Source of the DNA: Candidatus Margulisiibacteriota bacterium
GTDB lineage: Bacteria > Margulisbacteria > Marinamargulisbacteria > JBFWNS01
Length of the DNA stretch: 64,000 nt
Assembly (NCBI GenBank): GCA_050250935.1
Contig: JBFWNS010000002.1
Span: 67,130 to 131,129, forward strand
Direction: 5' to 3'
Shown here: positions 10,268 through 22,100 of the stretch, in pieces
How the letters are laid out: every line of letters begins with the position of its first letter
Numbering within the stretch: the first letter of the stretch is position 1
Notes under the pieces: model-generated
What the model saw: only the letters and a program-made list of their open reading frames with translations
What the model was told of the DNA's origin: nothing
Databases searched by the model: none
Made by a program: the position numbers and the translations under genes

Positions 10268-11926
10268 ATGGATATTGCACCCATAGGCCAACAACCGTTT
10301 CTACCCTACCTACAACAAGCCTCGAACGTGCAGGAGCCCAAGCACGTTTCTGAAAATCACAAACCAGACCCCATCCACCTTGAAGAACTTCACGAAATTC
10401 ACAATGCACCGCTTCCTGAAGGGGTTCAAAAAGCCGATGTAGAGCATGCCTCGGTTACGGTTAAAGAACTTCAAACCAACATTGAATCCCAATTAAAATC
10501 CATTAACGCCCACAAAAACGACCCCAGCACCCAAAGCCAACTTCAAGCAGTTCAAGGCTACAAAGGCTTGGCGACTCAGCACCAAAGCATGGCCATTATT
10601 GGTCTTTTAAGCATGATGCAAGGTCGAGGCCAAGATCCGTTTGTGACAGCCGAAATTATGAATACCCTCATTCCCTTTTTTAATACCGAAAACTACCACC
10701 TTCTGGAATCCATGCTGATTACCCTGGGACGGAACTTGGACGCCGTTCGAGGGCCCTACAAAGAACAGGTTCAACAAGCCCTTCAAAATGCCCTGGCCAC
10801 CCTCAATTTAACCAATCATCCCGAACCTGCCGTTCGGTTGGCCGCCATTCAGTTGCTGAACGCCCTCGAAGAAACGGGGGTGATCCCAGCAGCCATTTTG
10901 GCCCCCGAAATTCCGGCCGAAGCTGCAGCCGAGCAACCTGTTTTTGCCGAAGGATTTGTGCCAGCCCAAGCCCAACGAACCCCATCCACTGTTCCCGCAG
11001 ATCCTGCGCAAAACGCCTATGCCGCCAGTGCCATGGCCACCATGGCTTGGGGATCTTTCTTTGCCCGGGTTTTTGCGTTTTATCCCCTCTTGGACATGAG
11101 CCCCAGCTTGATTTATGCCCTGTTGTATGTGGCCGGCTTGGGCAGTGGGGGCAGTCGATCGGCTTATGCAAAAAATTCTAAAACGGTGGCCATTATTACC
11201 ACCCGGTCGGCCAGTTTACCCCGTGGGCAATTCGACTTTCCAGGTATCGAAGTGGTGGAAATGGGGCCGGAGCTTAGCGAAAAGAACTTTAGAACCAAAT
11301 ATCACGCCCTACTGACCAAGGGCATCCAAACCATCTATGTTATTTTGCCTGATTCCCGCTATTGGAACATCTATCACAACGCGTTTTCGGCCTCGGACAA
11401 CCGCCCCAACATCCGGGTCTTCGATTCCAGAACCTTTGGGATTGGGATGGCCTTGGTGGTTCGGCAATTGGGGAAAGCCTTGATTCGGACCAACTCCGGT
11501 CGCCAAATGGACTTTTTTATTCGCAGTTTCGCCAAAGTGGTTCGGTATTGGGTTGTTTTGGATAGTTTTGATCAAGTTAAAAACCATGCTTGGTTTGGCA
11601 AATTGCTGGGAAAACCCCTTGGAAAAAGCTCTTTCGATGTCCACAATATCGTGATGCAATTTCATGAACCCAGTGGCATCGTTGGCAAAGAGCCCACCCT
11701 GATTAAAGGGCTGTCTTATGTTAAAAAAGAACTACAACTCGATTGTATTCACCGCCAAAAAGAACCCCGAAAAATCTTTATCCAGCATCACGAACGGTCC
11801 AAAGAAGCCACCATGCTGGCCGATGCTTTGCGCAAAAAATACCCGAATTTAAATATCCAAGTCTTTCCGTCCAGCGACTATTTGGCCTCTCAGCTGGGCT
11901 GCCACGTTGGTGTGGCCATGCTTTGA
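10268..11926 (+). CDS. Protein with unknown N-terminal region and degenerate C-terminal DegV-like domain
   Basis: From about aa 307: VAIITTRSASLP...IRVFDSRTFGIGMALVV...IFIQH...LASQLGCHVGVAML follows the DegV layout. Confidence 0.6.
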   Translation: MDIAPIGQQPFLPYLQQASNVQEPKHVSENHKPDPIHLEELHEIHNAPLPEGVQKADVEHASVTVKELQTNIESQLKSINAHKNDPSTQSQLQAVQGYKGLATQHQSMAIIGLLSMMQGRGQDPFVTAEIMNTLIPFFNTENYHLLESMLITLGRNLDAVRGPYKEQVQQALQNALATLNLTNHPEPAVRLAAIQLLNALEETGVIPAAILAPEIPAEAAAEQPVFAEGFVPAQAQRTPSTVPADPAQNAYAASAMATMAWGSFFARVFAFYPLLDMSPSLIYALLYVAGLGSGGSRSAYAKNSKTVAIITTRSASLPRGQFDFPGIEVVEMGPELSEKNFRTKYHALLTKGIQTIYVILPDSRYWNIYHNAFSASDNRPNIRVFDSRTFGIGMALVVRQLGKALIRTNSGRQMDFFIRSFAKVVRYWVVLDSFDQVKNHAWFGKLLGKPLGKSSFDVHNIVMQFHEPSGIVGKEPTLIKGLSYVKKELQLDCIHRQKEPRKIFIQHHERSKEATMLADALRKKYPNLNIQVFPSSDYLASQLGCHVGVAML

Positions 11927-13155
11927 TGATGGACGCGTTTTTTGGGTTTACGGATTCTCTGGCCATCGAGGCCCAGCGCTTGTTTCCTTTTCCTAGGGGG
12001 ACGTTTCAGCATTCTGGCTCTCGCCTGACCAAGTCGTGGATTTCCTTTTCCCCCACCCTGACCCTGATCCATTATTTTTCGGCTTCGCCTTTTACCTTGA
12101 CTTTGGAATGGCCAGACTCGGTTTCTGTGATGACCTCTATACCGCTTTCCCCTGCACCCAATGGTGGGTCGCTTTCTTTTTCCGATGGGGTTGTGGTGGT
12201 GGTTTCTTCTGGACCTATTTCGAGGCGGATGGACCCCGTTGCCGCGTGGGATTCGGCTTGTATGGCGAAAGAGTGTGCTTTTGACGGTTCTGCGGAACCT
12301 TGGATTTTGGCCTTGCATCATGCGGCAGAGCATCCGGAAGCCCTCCAGTCTCCGCTTCAGAAGGTCCGGTCTTTGACAGGTTTGGGCTTGCTTTGGGATG
12401 AAAAGTCCGGGGTTTGGGACGCGCTGGTCTCTCCGCCCAAACTGACAGACCCAGAAACGGCCCTATGGTATTCTTGGGCGGTTTATCAGTGGCTACACGC
12501 CCCTTTAAATGAAGGCGAAACCCAGGAACATCGCCTCGAAGACTTGTTCTCTAGCCCCATTTGGGGACATCTCGAACACCTGACCCGACACATTATGCGG
12601 GGCAATTCTCGGGTTCAGATGCGACCCAACGGACTGCTTTGGGAAACCGAACACAACGGTGCACGGGTCGATTTGAATGCCTTGTGGTATAGCCACCTTC
12701 ATTTTTACAAAGACTTGCTGGTGGCCCGACACGAAGAACACCGGTTTCTGTTTCATCTTAATCAACTCAACCATGTCTTTTTTAAATCGTTTTGGCTGTC
12801 CAAAAGTCAGCATTTGTGCGCCGTTCACCGACCCGAAAAACGAGATACCAGTTGCAGTCTCAATCAACTTGTGGCGGCAGCCATGCCCTATTCTCATTTA
12901 ACCCACCCTCAAATTGTGTCGGTTCTTAAGGCCATCGACAAACAGATCCATCGTGCCAAAGACCTCGCTTTTGATCCCCAATATCTGGGACTGTGGTTGG
13001 ATGCCATGCAAAAAGTCAGTGCAACAACAGCCATTCAAACCCACATGACCCCCTTCTTGGCCGACCTTCAAGCCAGCCTCGAAGCAGGGTCCCCGCTTCC
13101 CGCCTTAACCGCTTGCGAAGTGATTCGGGCCCTCCACAATCGGCCTGTTTCCTAG
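11926..13155 (+). CDS. Degenerate amylo-alpha-1,6-glucosidase (glycogen debranching enzyme C-domain)-like protein
   Basis: ALWY, RVDLNALWY, FW...D.S...NQLVAAAMPYS and C-terminal ALTACEVIRA resemble GDE_C motifs. Start MMDAF overlaps the upstream stop (TGATG). Confidence 0.55.
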   Translation: MMDAFFGFTDSLAIEAQRLFPFPRGTFQHSGSRLTKSWISFSPTLTLIHYFSASPFTLTLEWPDSVSVMTSIPLSPAPNGGSLSFSDGVVVVVSSGPISRRMDPVAAWDSACMAKECAFDGSAEPWILALHHAAEHPEALQSPLQKVRSLTGLGLLWDEKSGVWDALVSPPKLTDPETALWYSWAVYQWLHAPLNEGETQEHRLEDLFSSPIWGHLEHLTRHIMRGNSRVQMRPNGLLWETEHNGARVDLNALWYSHLHFYKDLLVARHEEHRFLFHLNQLNHVFFKSFWLSKSQHLCAVHRPEKRDTSCSLNQLVAAAMPYSHLTHPQIVSVLKAIDKQIHRAKDLAFDPQYLGLWLDAMQKVSATTAIQTHMTPFLADLQASLEAGSPLPALTACEVIRALHNRPVS

Positions 13156-13168
13156 CAAGCAGCCTAGC

Positions 13169-16100
13169 TTATTTTAGTTTAATCAGCTTGCTGCGGACCT
13201 CTTGGGTTTCACCATCGCCTTCGGCAATAATTTTGTACAGATAGACCCCGTTGAGCACCCCACGGCCATCGCTGTCTTTGCCATTCCAACTTACGTCGTG
13301 GTATTCGGCCAGTAAACTGGAAGCCGAGGTATCGCCCTCCAATTCCCGAATCAAATCCCCGCCCAGGGTGAAAATTTGGATCCGAAGCCGGTTGACCGAT
13401 TTGCTGAGTTTATACCGAATTTTGGTACTGTCCTTAAACGGATTGGGATAGTTGATCACCCCTTCGATCTGCAGCTTGGGCGCCACATAAAACCCACCCG
13501 CTTCGCTGGAAACGGCTTGGCTGTTCAACGAGGGATTCAATTCCACCACCTGCCACTGCCACCACCCCGGCGCCAAGGTGTCGGTCCAGAGCGGTGTAAA
13601 GGCCAAGGTTGTGTTGGTTCGCTGAATCTGACTGGGCAGTAGATCCCATTTCTGGCTTCGGTCTTCGCTGGCAAAAGGCGTTGAGTCCATGGGCTCGACC
13701 CAATTTTGCTTCAATTCAATGCGGTATTGGAGGGCTGGATTGTAGGTGGGGACTTGCCAGGTGAAAGTGGGTTTGTTGGTTTGTAGGGTTGGGTTGTTTT
13801 TGGGGGAAACTAGGTCTAGACCAACTTCAATTGTAGTATTGCTTGAAACACCCAACAGGGTAGTCCCCGGTAGAACTGTAGCATAAATGCCATTTGATAT
13901 CTCGCCATCTAAGCGAACATAAACTGGGGTATCTATTTTGGAGACTACTTTCGTGGTGCCATTCTCTAAATATTTTTTAAAATATAAATATGCGGGGCCA
14001 GTAGATTGATAATGGAGGATCCACATTTCGTTTAACCCTTTTTGAAGGGGAATGGTTAATGGAACCGGACCAGGAACATGACTTGAAATGGCACTAATCA
14101 CGGTACCATTCACCTTAACCGTTTCATCATCATCAGACTCAATCAGAAAATTATGCTCTTGGGGGGTAATGGATTGGGGAGAGAAGTAGTAAAAATGGTA
14201 GTATTCACTCCAATCATTGCTTGCAAGATTCCCCCTCCCCCCTCCATTGGTACTCGAATAAAAGTTAATATCATCTAGAAACGATGTGTACGATAAACGT
14301 GAGTTTGAATTGGTTAGAAGTTTCTCGAAATTAACATTTCGAATTCCCCGCATCCATGAACTCATCAGAGCCTCATTCATCGATTGCTGCTCTGTGGTAT
14401 CCTGATAAAACCAGTTGGCCGGTATGAAGCTATTGTCTACATCCGTAAATGTCCAATCCATATGCCCCCCAGTATCCCAATTATCCGTCCATAAAATAAA
14501 AGGATAAGATACTTCCTCTTCCATGTTGACTTTTTTCATCACCGCTTCCTCTTTGGCTTCGGGCCGGCTATGCACCAAAGTTCCATTAATCCATAGACGA
14601 CACCCCCCAATATGGCTCACATAAAACTGTTTTAAGCCACCTTGCCCTCTTGGCGCTCTAATAAATCCTTTGACAATGGCACCGTACTGCCCATTTGTTG
14701 GGAAATCGAAATCCTCGGCCCTTAACCAAAATTGCTTATTTAGCATTACACGTGTAGACATTGGATGTGCATAGAAAGTCATACTACGATTGTCTCCTGT
14801 ACGGGTAAACGAATAGGTGTCGAGCCTAAAACCAGGCAGCAAAGTTGTGATTCTGGTTCGAAACCCTTCATAATCTACGGGCAATGAAATTTTGGTTCTT
14901 TGTGCTGAATCAGACTGAAGCACATAGACAACAACACCCCCATTTGGCCCGATATCTGACTGCACATCTAGTGCTTTACCGGCTGTTACACAAGAATATC
15001 GTGGGCTCCAACTCAACCCATCGTCGCTAAGGGCAATATCAACTTTGGCATCGGAAGGAACAACCGCCCATTGTTTATTATTAATTTTTCTGAATAAAAC
15101 AGGGTCTGCAGCCACCGTATAATTGGCAACATCTTGCTGATAAGTGAGCCTAAAAGAGATTGTTTTGCTTGTTGTAAAAACATTGTCAGACACAACAATC
15201 TCGGCATTATACGTTCCTTCCAATGGGGAATAGCCTTCAATGGTTTTCAAGTCCCAGAGCACATCGCTGACCTCTCCATTCAGTTTTTGACCCAAGAGTA
15301 GTGTTTTAACCACACTCCCATCCTGCCGCTTAATTTTGACCTGAACCGGCATGCTGGCGATGAGGTTGTCTGACACCCGGAAATGGATGACCATGTTGCC
15401 GTCGTAAACGGGGTTCACAGTGGGGGTCACTTGAACCTGGTCGATGACTGGGGCTGTCGAATCGAATCGATAGGTGCCTTGCCAGGTTCCGGTGTTGGTG
15501 GCGATGTCCCCTGCCCTTAATGCCAAAATATGGTCGCCATCTCCGGGAATGGGAATGGCCCCGCTGGCCCAGTCTGTCCAAGGACCGTTGTTCCAGCGGT
15601 ATTGGCGATAAGCCCACCCTGAATTTCCGTCGTCTGTCATGGATACCACAATGCCAGACAACGCCGTTCGCCATTGATCCGAACTGCCAGCAGCCGAAAC
15701 CACAGGGGCTTGGGTGTCTTGGGCATAAACCGCGTTCCAAACCGTACTGGGGTTAAAGGCTTGGTCCCAGGCTTGAAGGTAGAGGGTGTGGGTACCTTCG
15801 CTGGGAATGGCGGTTGTTTGGCCGTTGGCAAACACAGTTCCGTTGCTGACATCGGGATTATCCCAGCGGTATTTTACATAGCCGGGATTTAACCCAGAGC
15901 CAGGGGTCGGATCGGTGGCCGTTAAGGTGATGTTCCCAATGGCCGTGGTATACCAGCCCAATTGCACTTTATTGGCACTCACGACTGGGACTTGGGTGTC
16001 TTGTTGATAGGGCCCACTCCACACGGTACTGGCATTGCCCGCAGCATCCCAAGCTTGCAGGTAGAGGGTGTGGGCCCCTTCGCCTGGGATTGTGAGGGTT

Positions 16101-19100
16101 TGTCCTGTTGAAAACGATGTTCCATTGGCCACAGCGACATTGTCCCAGCGGTATTTTGCGCCGCTCAATCCGCTGCCCGGTGCCGCATCGGACACCGACA
16201 GGGTGATGGTTCCAATGGGCACCACCGACCATTGGGAACTGCTTTTGTCTGCCAAAACCACTGGGGGTACCGTGTCGATGTTGTAGTCCCCTGTCCACAA
16301 TCCGGACACATTGCCAGCAGTATCGTAGGCCTTCAGATAGAGGGTATGACGCCCTTCTCCAGGCACCGTAATGCCCGTTCCATTCGCAAACGAGGTTCCA
16401 GAATCCACCAGAACATTGTCCCAGCGATACTTGGTTCGAACTGGATCCAAACCCGAACCTGGCACCCCATCGGTAGCCGTCAGGGTGATGGTTCCCAGCG
16501 AAAACAAATACCACCCCGAATTGGATAAATTGGCCGAAGTTTGGGGTGTCGCCGTGTCTTGCTTGTACAACCCGCTCCACACCACGCCAGCATTCCCCGC
16601 CAAATCCCAGACCTGAATATAGAGGGTATGGGATCCCTCGCTTGGGATGACTGTGGTCTGGCCAGAACTATAGGGTGTTCCATTGGACACATCGCTGTTG
16701 TCCCACCGGTATTTGGCTGTTCCCACCCCAGATCCCGGTGACGGATCGCTGGTATTTAGGGTGATGGTTCCCAGCGCCGTTGTAGACCAACTGAGCGACG
16801 ATTTATCGGCACTTCCCGATGGGGCTTGAGTGTCTTGTTTATATGTCCCAGTCCACACCGCACCTGCATTGCCGGCCACATCCCAACTTTGAACGTACAG
16901 GGTATGGCTTCCCTCGGCTGGAATGGTGATGGTTTGACCCGACACAAAGGTCGTTCCATTGGCCACATCTGGGTTGTCCCACCGGTATTTCGAAGTGCTG
17001 ATGCCCGAGCCAGGTTGTGGATCGCTTACGGTTAATGTGATGTTTCCAATGGCCGTGGTTTTCCAAGTACCCGAGGATTTATCTGCAGTGGCAACGGGGG
17101 GTTGGGTATCTTGTTTATAGGTACCTGTCCACACAGAACCTGCATTTCCTGCCACATCCCAACTTTGGATATACAAGGTATGGCTTCCCTCGGCAGGCAT
17201 CGTCATGGTCTGCCCCGACACAAAGGCCGTTCCATTGGCCACATCGGCGTTGTCCCAGCGGTATTTCGCGGTGGTAATACCCGACCCAGGCAAGGCATCG
17301 GTGGCCGACAGGGTGATGTTCCCAATCGCCGTCGTCTGCCAAGAACTGGAAGACTGGGTGGCGGTTGCGACCGGGGCTTGGGTGTCTTGGTTATAGCTTC
17401 CAGACCAAAGCGTAGTGCTGTTTCCGGCGATATCTTGAACTTTCAAATAGAGGGTGTGACTTCCTTCTCCGGGTGACGACAGAACTTGCCCGTTGCTAAA
17501 CAAAGAACCGTTCACCACATCCGAATTGTCCCAACGATACATCACGAAATTGGGATTCAAACCAGAGCCCGGTACAGGGTCACTTGCCGTGAGGGTGATG
17601 GATCCGATCGGAGAAACCGACCATCCCGCCTGGGCCTTATTGGCATTGACGGTTGGGGTTTGGGTGTCTTGCAAATAGGTACCTGACCAGGTTTGGGTAT
17701 TGCCTGCCATATCGATTGCCGTTAAATAGAGGGTATGACTGCCTTCTGCTGGCAGGGTAATGCTTTGAGAGGCTACAAACGTGGTTCCATTGGCGGCATC
17801 GGCATTGTCCCAGCGGTAATGGGCCGACACCAAACCCGAGAGTGCATCGGAAGCGGATAAGGTAATGGCACCAATGGCTGTCTTGGTCCAAAGACCCGTT
17901 ATTTTATCGGCACCTAAAGTGGGTGGGGTCGCATCAAAAACAGTGGTTCTGATTAGGGTTTCCGATTGATTTCCCAATCGGTCCCGAAGTCGATAGGCGA
18001 TTTGCTGGGTGCCCTCGTTGCTAAACGTCACCCCGTCAGAGATTGGGGACAGGCTGTTTAGGGTTTGGATTACGGTAAAGGAGCCGCCATTGAGTGCCCG
18101 TTCCAAAGTCAGGGGAAGACTGGCGTCCGAGAGCCCACTCAGGTTTAGGGTTGCCGAATTCGCTTTCATAAATCCAGCCAAGTTTGAAACCGAGACGGTT
18201 GGCGCCAAAGAATCCACCCAAAGGGACTTATTCAGAAGGGTGGTATTTCCAGCCAAATCGGATACCGTCACCACCACTGGAAACGTGCCATTGATTCCAG
18301 TTGTGTTCACCGAGTAAAGCCCATTCGCCGACACCACCATAGCTCCATTCACGGCGACTTGAACGGCATTCAAATTGACTTCAGAAATCGTCACGCTAAA
18401 CGCCACATTGGTTGAAACCTCTCGGTCTGTGGCTGGCAGGGTCGATGCCAACCCATTTTGCCATAGAATCGAGGCCGAGGGTGCGATGGAATCGTAAACC
18501 ACCGAGGCCGTTGCCACCGCCGATGTATTGCCGGCTCGGTCTTTGGCCTGAAGGGTGATGGTTTGTGTCCCTTGAATCGCTTGAAGTGGAAGGGTTGGCC
18601 CTGTGACCAACACCCCATTGGCATAAAAGTTCAGCTGTGCTGGGGAATCGGTGTTGTCTTGCGCTATTTTGGTGTGGGCAATGGACAAAGCATTGGTATA
18701 CGCCGATCCCAAGGCAAACTGGGTGATGGTTGGCGGGGTATTGTCGATGACCATTTGGTTATTCGCCACCACATTTTGGGTGGCCCCATTTCCCGCATTA
18801 TCGGTAGCGCGAATCTCGACCCGGTACACCCCATCAGGAACCAAAGTTCCACGAAGTGCCACAACAGAATGGTCGGCTGCATATCGGCCATCCCAAACAG
18901 TTGAAACTGGGCTAAACATCGCCGTGATGGTCGCTTGCTTGGTCAACACAGGCTGGTTCGGCTGACCTTCGGGATAAATCCGCAGTTCGTAGGTTCCCCA
19001 GCTGGGCAGTGCGAAGGGTTTGAAATCTTTATTCGGGTAGAGGGCTTTAAAATCAGCACTGGTTCGAATACGCTCATCCACAAACGAGAACATATAATTA

Positions 19101-22100
19101 ATCGGCACAGTTTGATCCAACCCTGGGGCTTTGGGCTCTACGGGCAACGGTGATGATAGCCGAACCCCCGTGTCTTGATGCAACACCGAAATGTACCCAT
19201 CAATATTTTGGTTTGCCAGATTTCCTGCTTTGTCTTTGGCGGTAACGGTTACATAATAAAAATACTGGCTTTTGGCATTGCCCACGAGCTTTCCAGTCTC
19301 GTCTTTACCGTCCCAGACAAAACTGTATTCATCCCCATTGGGGCCTGTTTTGGTTGGGTTTGTTAGGGTTTTAACCAAGACATTGGGGCTAACTTGAACA
19401 ATCTGTATCGCCGAAACCAAGGCCGGTTCGCTCAGGGTAAACCACACCCGCAACTGATCCTGCTGACCCGAAACCCCATAGGGCTTTATCACCCCATAAT
19501 ACAGATCGTTTTTGTCCACCGTAATGCCATTATCAGCACCATGATTCGTCACCACAGGGGCTTCCATATCCAACACGATGGGCAAGGATTGAGGGCTCAG
19601 CAGGTTGCCAGCAACATCCCGGGCATTTTCAATTTCCAAGGTGGCGTCTACCTCGTTTGGGTTGGCCAAGAAGCCCAGATCCGCAGCCTTAATCAACACC
19701 TTAAATTCGGCTGTCGAAACGGCATTTGGGGTTACCGTCATCCACGTGGCTTCTTTTCGAATGCCTTGAACAGCAACAAAAACCTTGGGATTCATCACCG
19801 GTTTTGAAAAAGAAAGAGCGGCCGTCAAATACCCTTGGGCAATCTTGAGTCCCTGGGTATTAAACTGAGAAAGCGCGGTCGGATCTGGCAACGCATCGGT
19901 GTTGAGGGTGACGGTTTTCAGGTCGGGTGGAACCAGATCGAGAGCATAGGTTTTTGCGTAAGGAGCCATGGCATTTCCTGCTTGGTCTTGAATGCCAGCC
20001 AGCTCAAACACCGCAGAGGAGCCCACCAATTGGGCTTCGGTGATGGTTATCTGAACTGCGCTCGTAGTGATTTGTTGAATGGGAAGCGCAATCGTTCCAA
20101 AAGAAGCGGTAGCAAGGGTACTCGATATCGGCTCGCTAAACGTCACCAAGATTGTTTTGTCGCTTCGGTACAAGGGTTCGGGATCAGGTTGACCAGCAGA
20201 ATCCAACACCGTAACCGAAACAACCTGAGGAGGTGTAAAGTCGGTGATGGTTTCCCGGGTGTTGGTTTCAGATACATTGCCCAACCTATCTCGCAAACGA
20301 AGCTTTAGGGTTTGTGTTCCTTCGGTGGCAAACGTCACATTCTGGGCGGCAGATCCGGGTTCTTGGACCAATGGACCTTCCTGCCAGACCCCACCATTCA
20401 AAGACCATTCCAGTTGAACAGGGAACGAGGCATCGGCAATGGCCGATACTTGCAGGGTCGCTGCTCTTGTTGAAATAAACGCTGGAAAATCGGCTATAGA
20501 CGCTGTTGGGGGTTGGGTGTCGATACCATAGAGCACAGGGGTCAGCTGGGTGGTGTTTCCTGCGCGATCGGTAGCCGTAATCGTCACGGAGGCTGTTCCC
20601 TGTTGGGCCGTGGGAAGAATCAGGGTTTGGAAACCGCCGCCGGGCAGGGCTTGCATGGGGCTGTCGTTAAAGGTTGCGTTTAAGGTTGCCAGGGTTTCGT
20701 CTGTGGTTACCGTTAAGGTGATGGTTCCTGTGCTGACGGTTTGGAAAACCTCCGATGAGAGTTTTAGCGTGGGAGCAAGGGTGTCGATTTCAAACAATGT
20801 TTCTGTTTGGCTGGTGGTGTTTCCAGCCAAATCGATTCCGGTTGCCAATAGAACTGCTGGGCCTTGGGCATCTGTGGCCTCGATGATCGTTGTAAAAACA
20901 TCACCAGAAGCGGTCATGGGGCGATTATTTAGCCAAAGGGTCTGGGAGGACAAGGCTTCGTTGGCGGTCAGGGTAACCGTCACTGGGCCAGTGCTTACAA
21001 AGGCAGGGGCATTGGTGGAAAGCGTTAGGGTTGGGGCAATGGTGTCGATTTCGAAGGGGATTAGGGTTTCTTCGGTTCCATTGCCGACGCTGTCTTGGGC
21101 CGAGACGACCAGCGTAGCGGGACCCTGAAACGCGGTCGAGGTGATGGTAAAGGCAAGACTATTGCCACTCACACTCATCGGGAATCCATTGAGCATTGCG
21201 GATAAGCGGGAGAGGGTCTCGTTTGCGGATACCGTTACCACCACGTTTCCGGTACTCAGCCGGCCGCTGGGTGTTGAAAGGGTCAAAATTGGCTTTTCGG
21301 TGTCGATTCGGATGGGTGTTGCTGTTACAACGGTTTGATTGCCCACGGTGTCCGAAGCCAGAAGCATGAGCTGGGCTAGACCCTGGTTGTCTTCTGCGGT
21401 AATGGTTCCGGCAAGTTCGATGGACCCAGAATCGACTATTGTCACCTCGAGGGGCTTTCCATTTAATGTTGCATTTACGGTGGCCAACGGTTCGTTAACC
21501 GTCACCTCAAAGCGAATCGCACCGGTGCTGACGGCTTCAGCTGCAGCGGGCTGCAGGGTTAAAACGGGGGCAATGGTGTCGATTTCGAAAGGACTCAGGG
21601 TTAATTCGGTTCCATTGCCAACCGTATCTTGAGCTGAAACCACAAGGGTGGCTGGACCCTGTTGTTCTGTTTGCAGAATGGTTGTACTGAGGGTATTCCC
21701 GCTCACCGTCATGGCCTTGCTGTTGAGGGTAGCCGTCAGGGTTAATAAGGGTTCATTGGCGTTAATCATCACTTGGATGGGGCCAGTGCTGATTCGATTG
21801 GGCAGCATAGACACCAGATTTAAACTGGGCGCAACCGTATCCACAACAAAAACCGACGCGGTAACGGAGGACTGATTTCCCACCTCGTCCACCGCTTCTA
21901 CCTCGATATCTGCCGTTCCCTGTGTATCGGCTGGGGTGATGGTGTATCGAAAAACACCCTGCCCCACAGCGGTCATGGGTTGATGATTAATGCTCGCTCT
22001 TAGACTAGACAAGGTTTCGCTCGCATTCACCGTTACTGTGACGCTTCCCAGCCCCACCAGAACGCTGTCACTGGGGCTCAGACTAAGTTTTGGCCCAACA

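Noticed and set aside
11743..11925. Upstream extension of the GDE-like ORF (and similar extensions at 1851, 48536, 50741, 51702, 60116, 60810)
   Set aside because: These extensions overlap neighbouring genes or promoter regions. Downstream starts with an SD, translational coupling or family-typical N-termini fit better.
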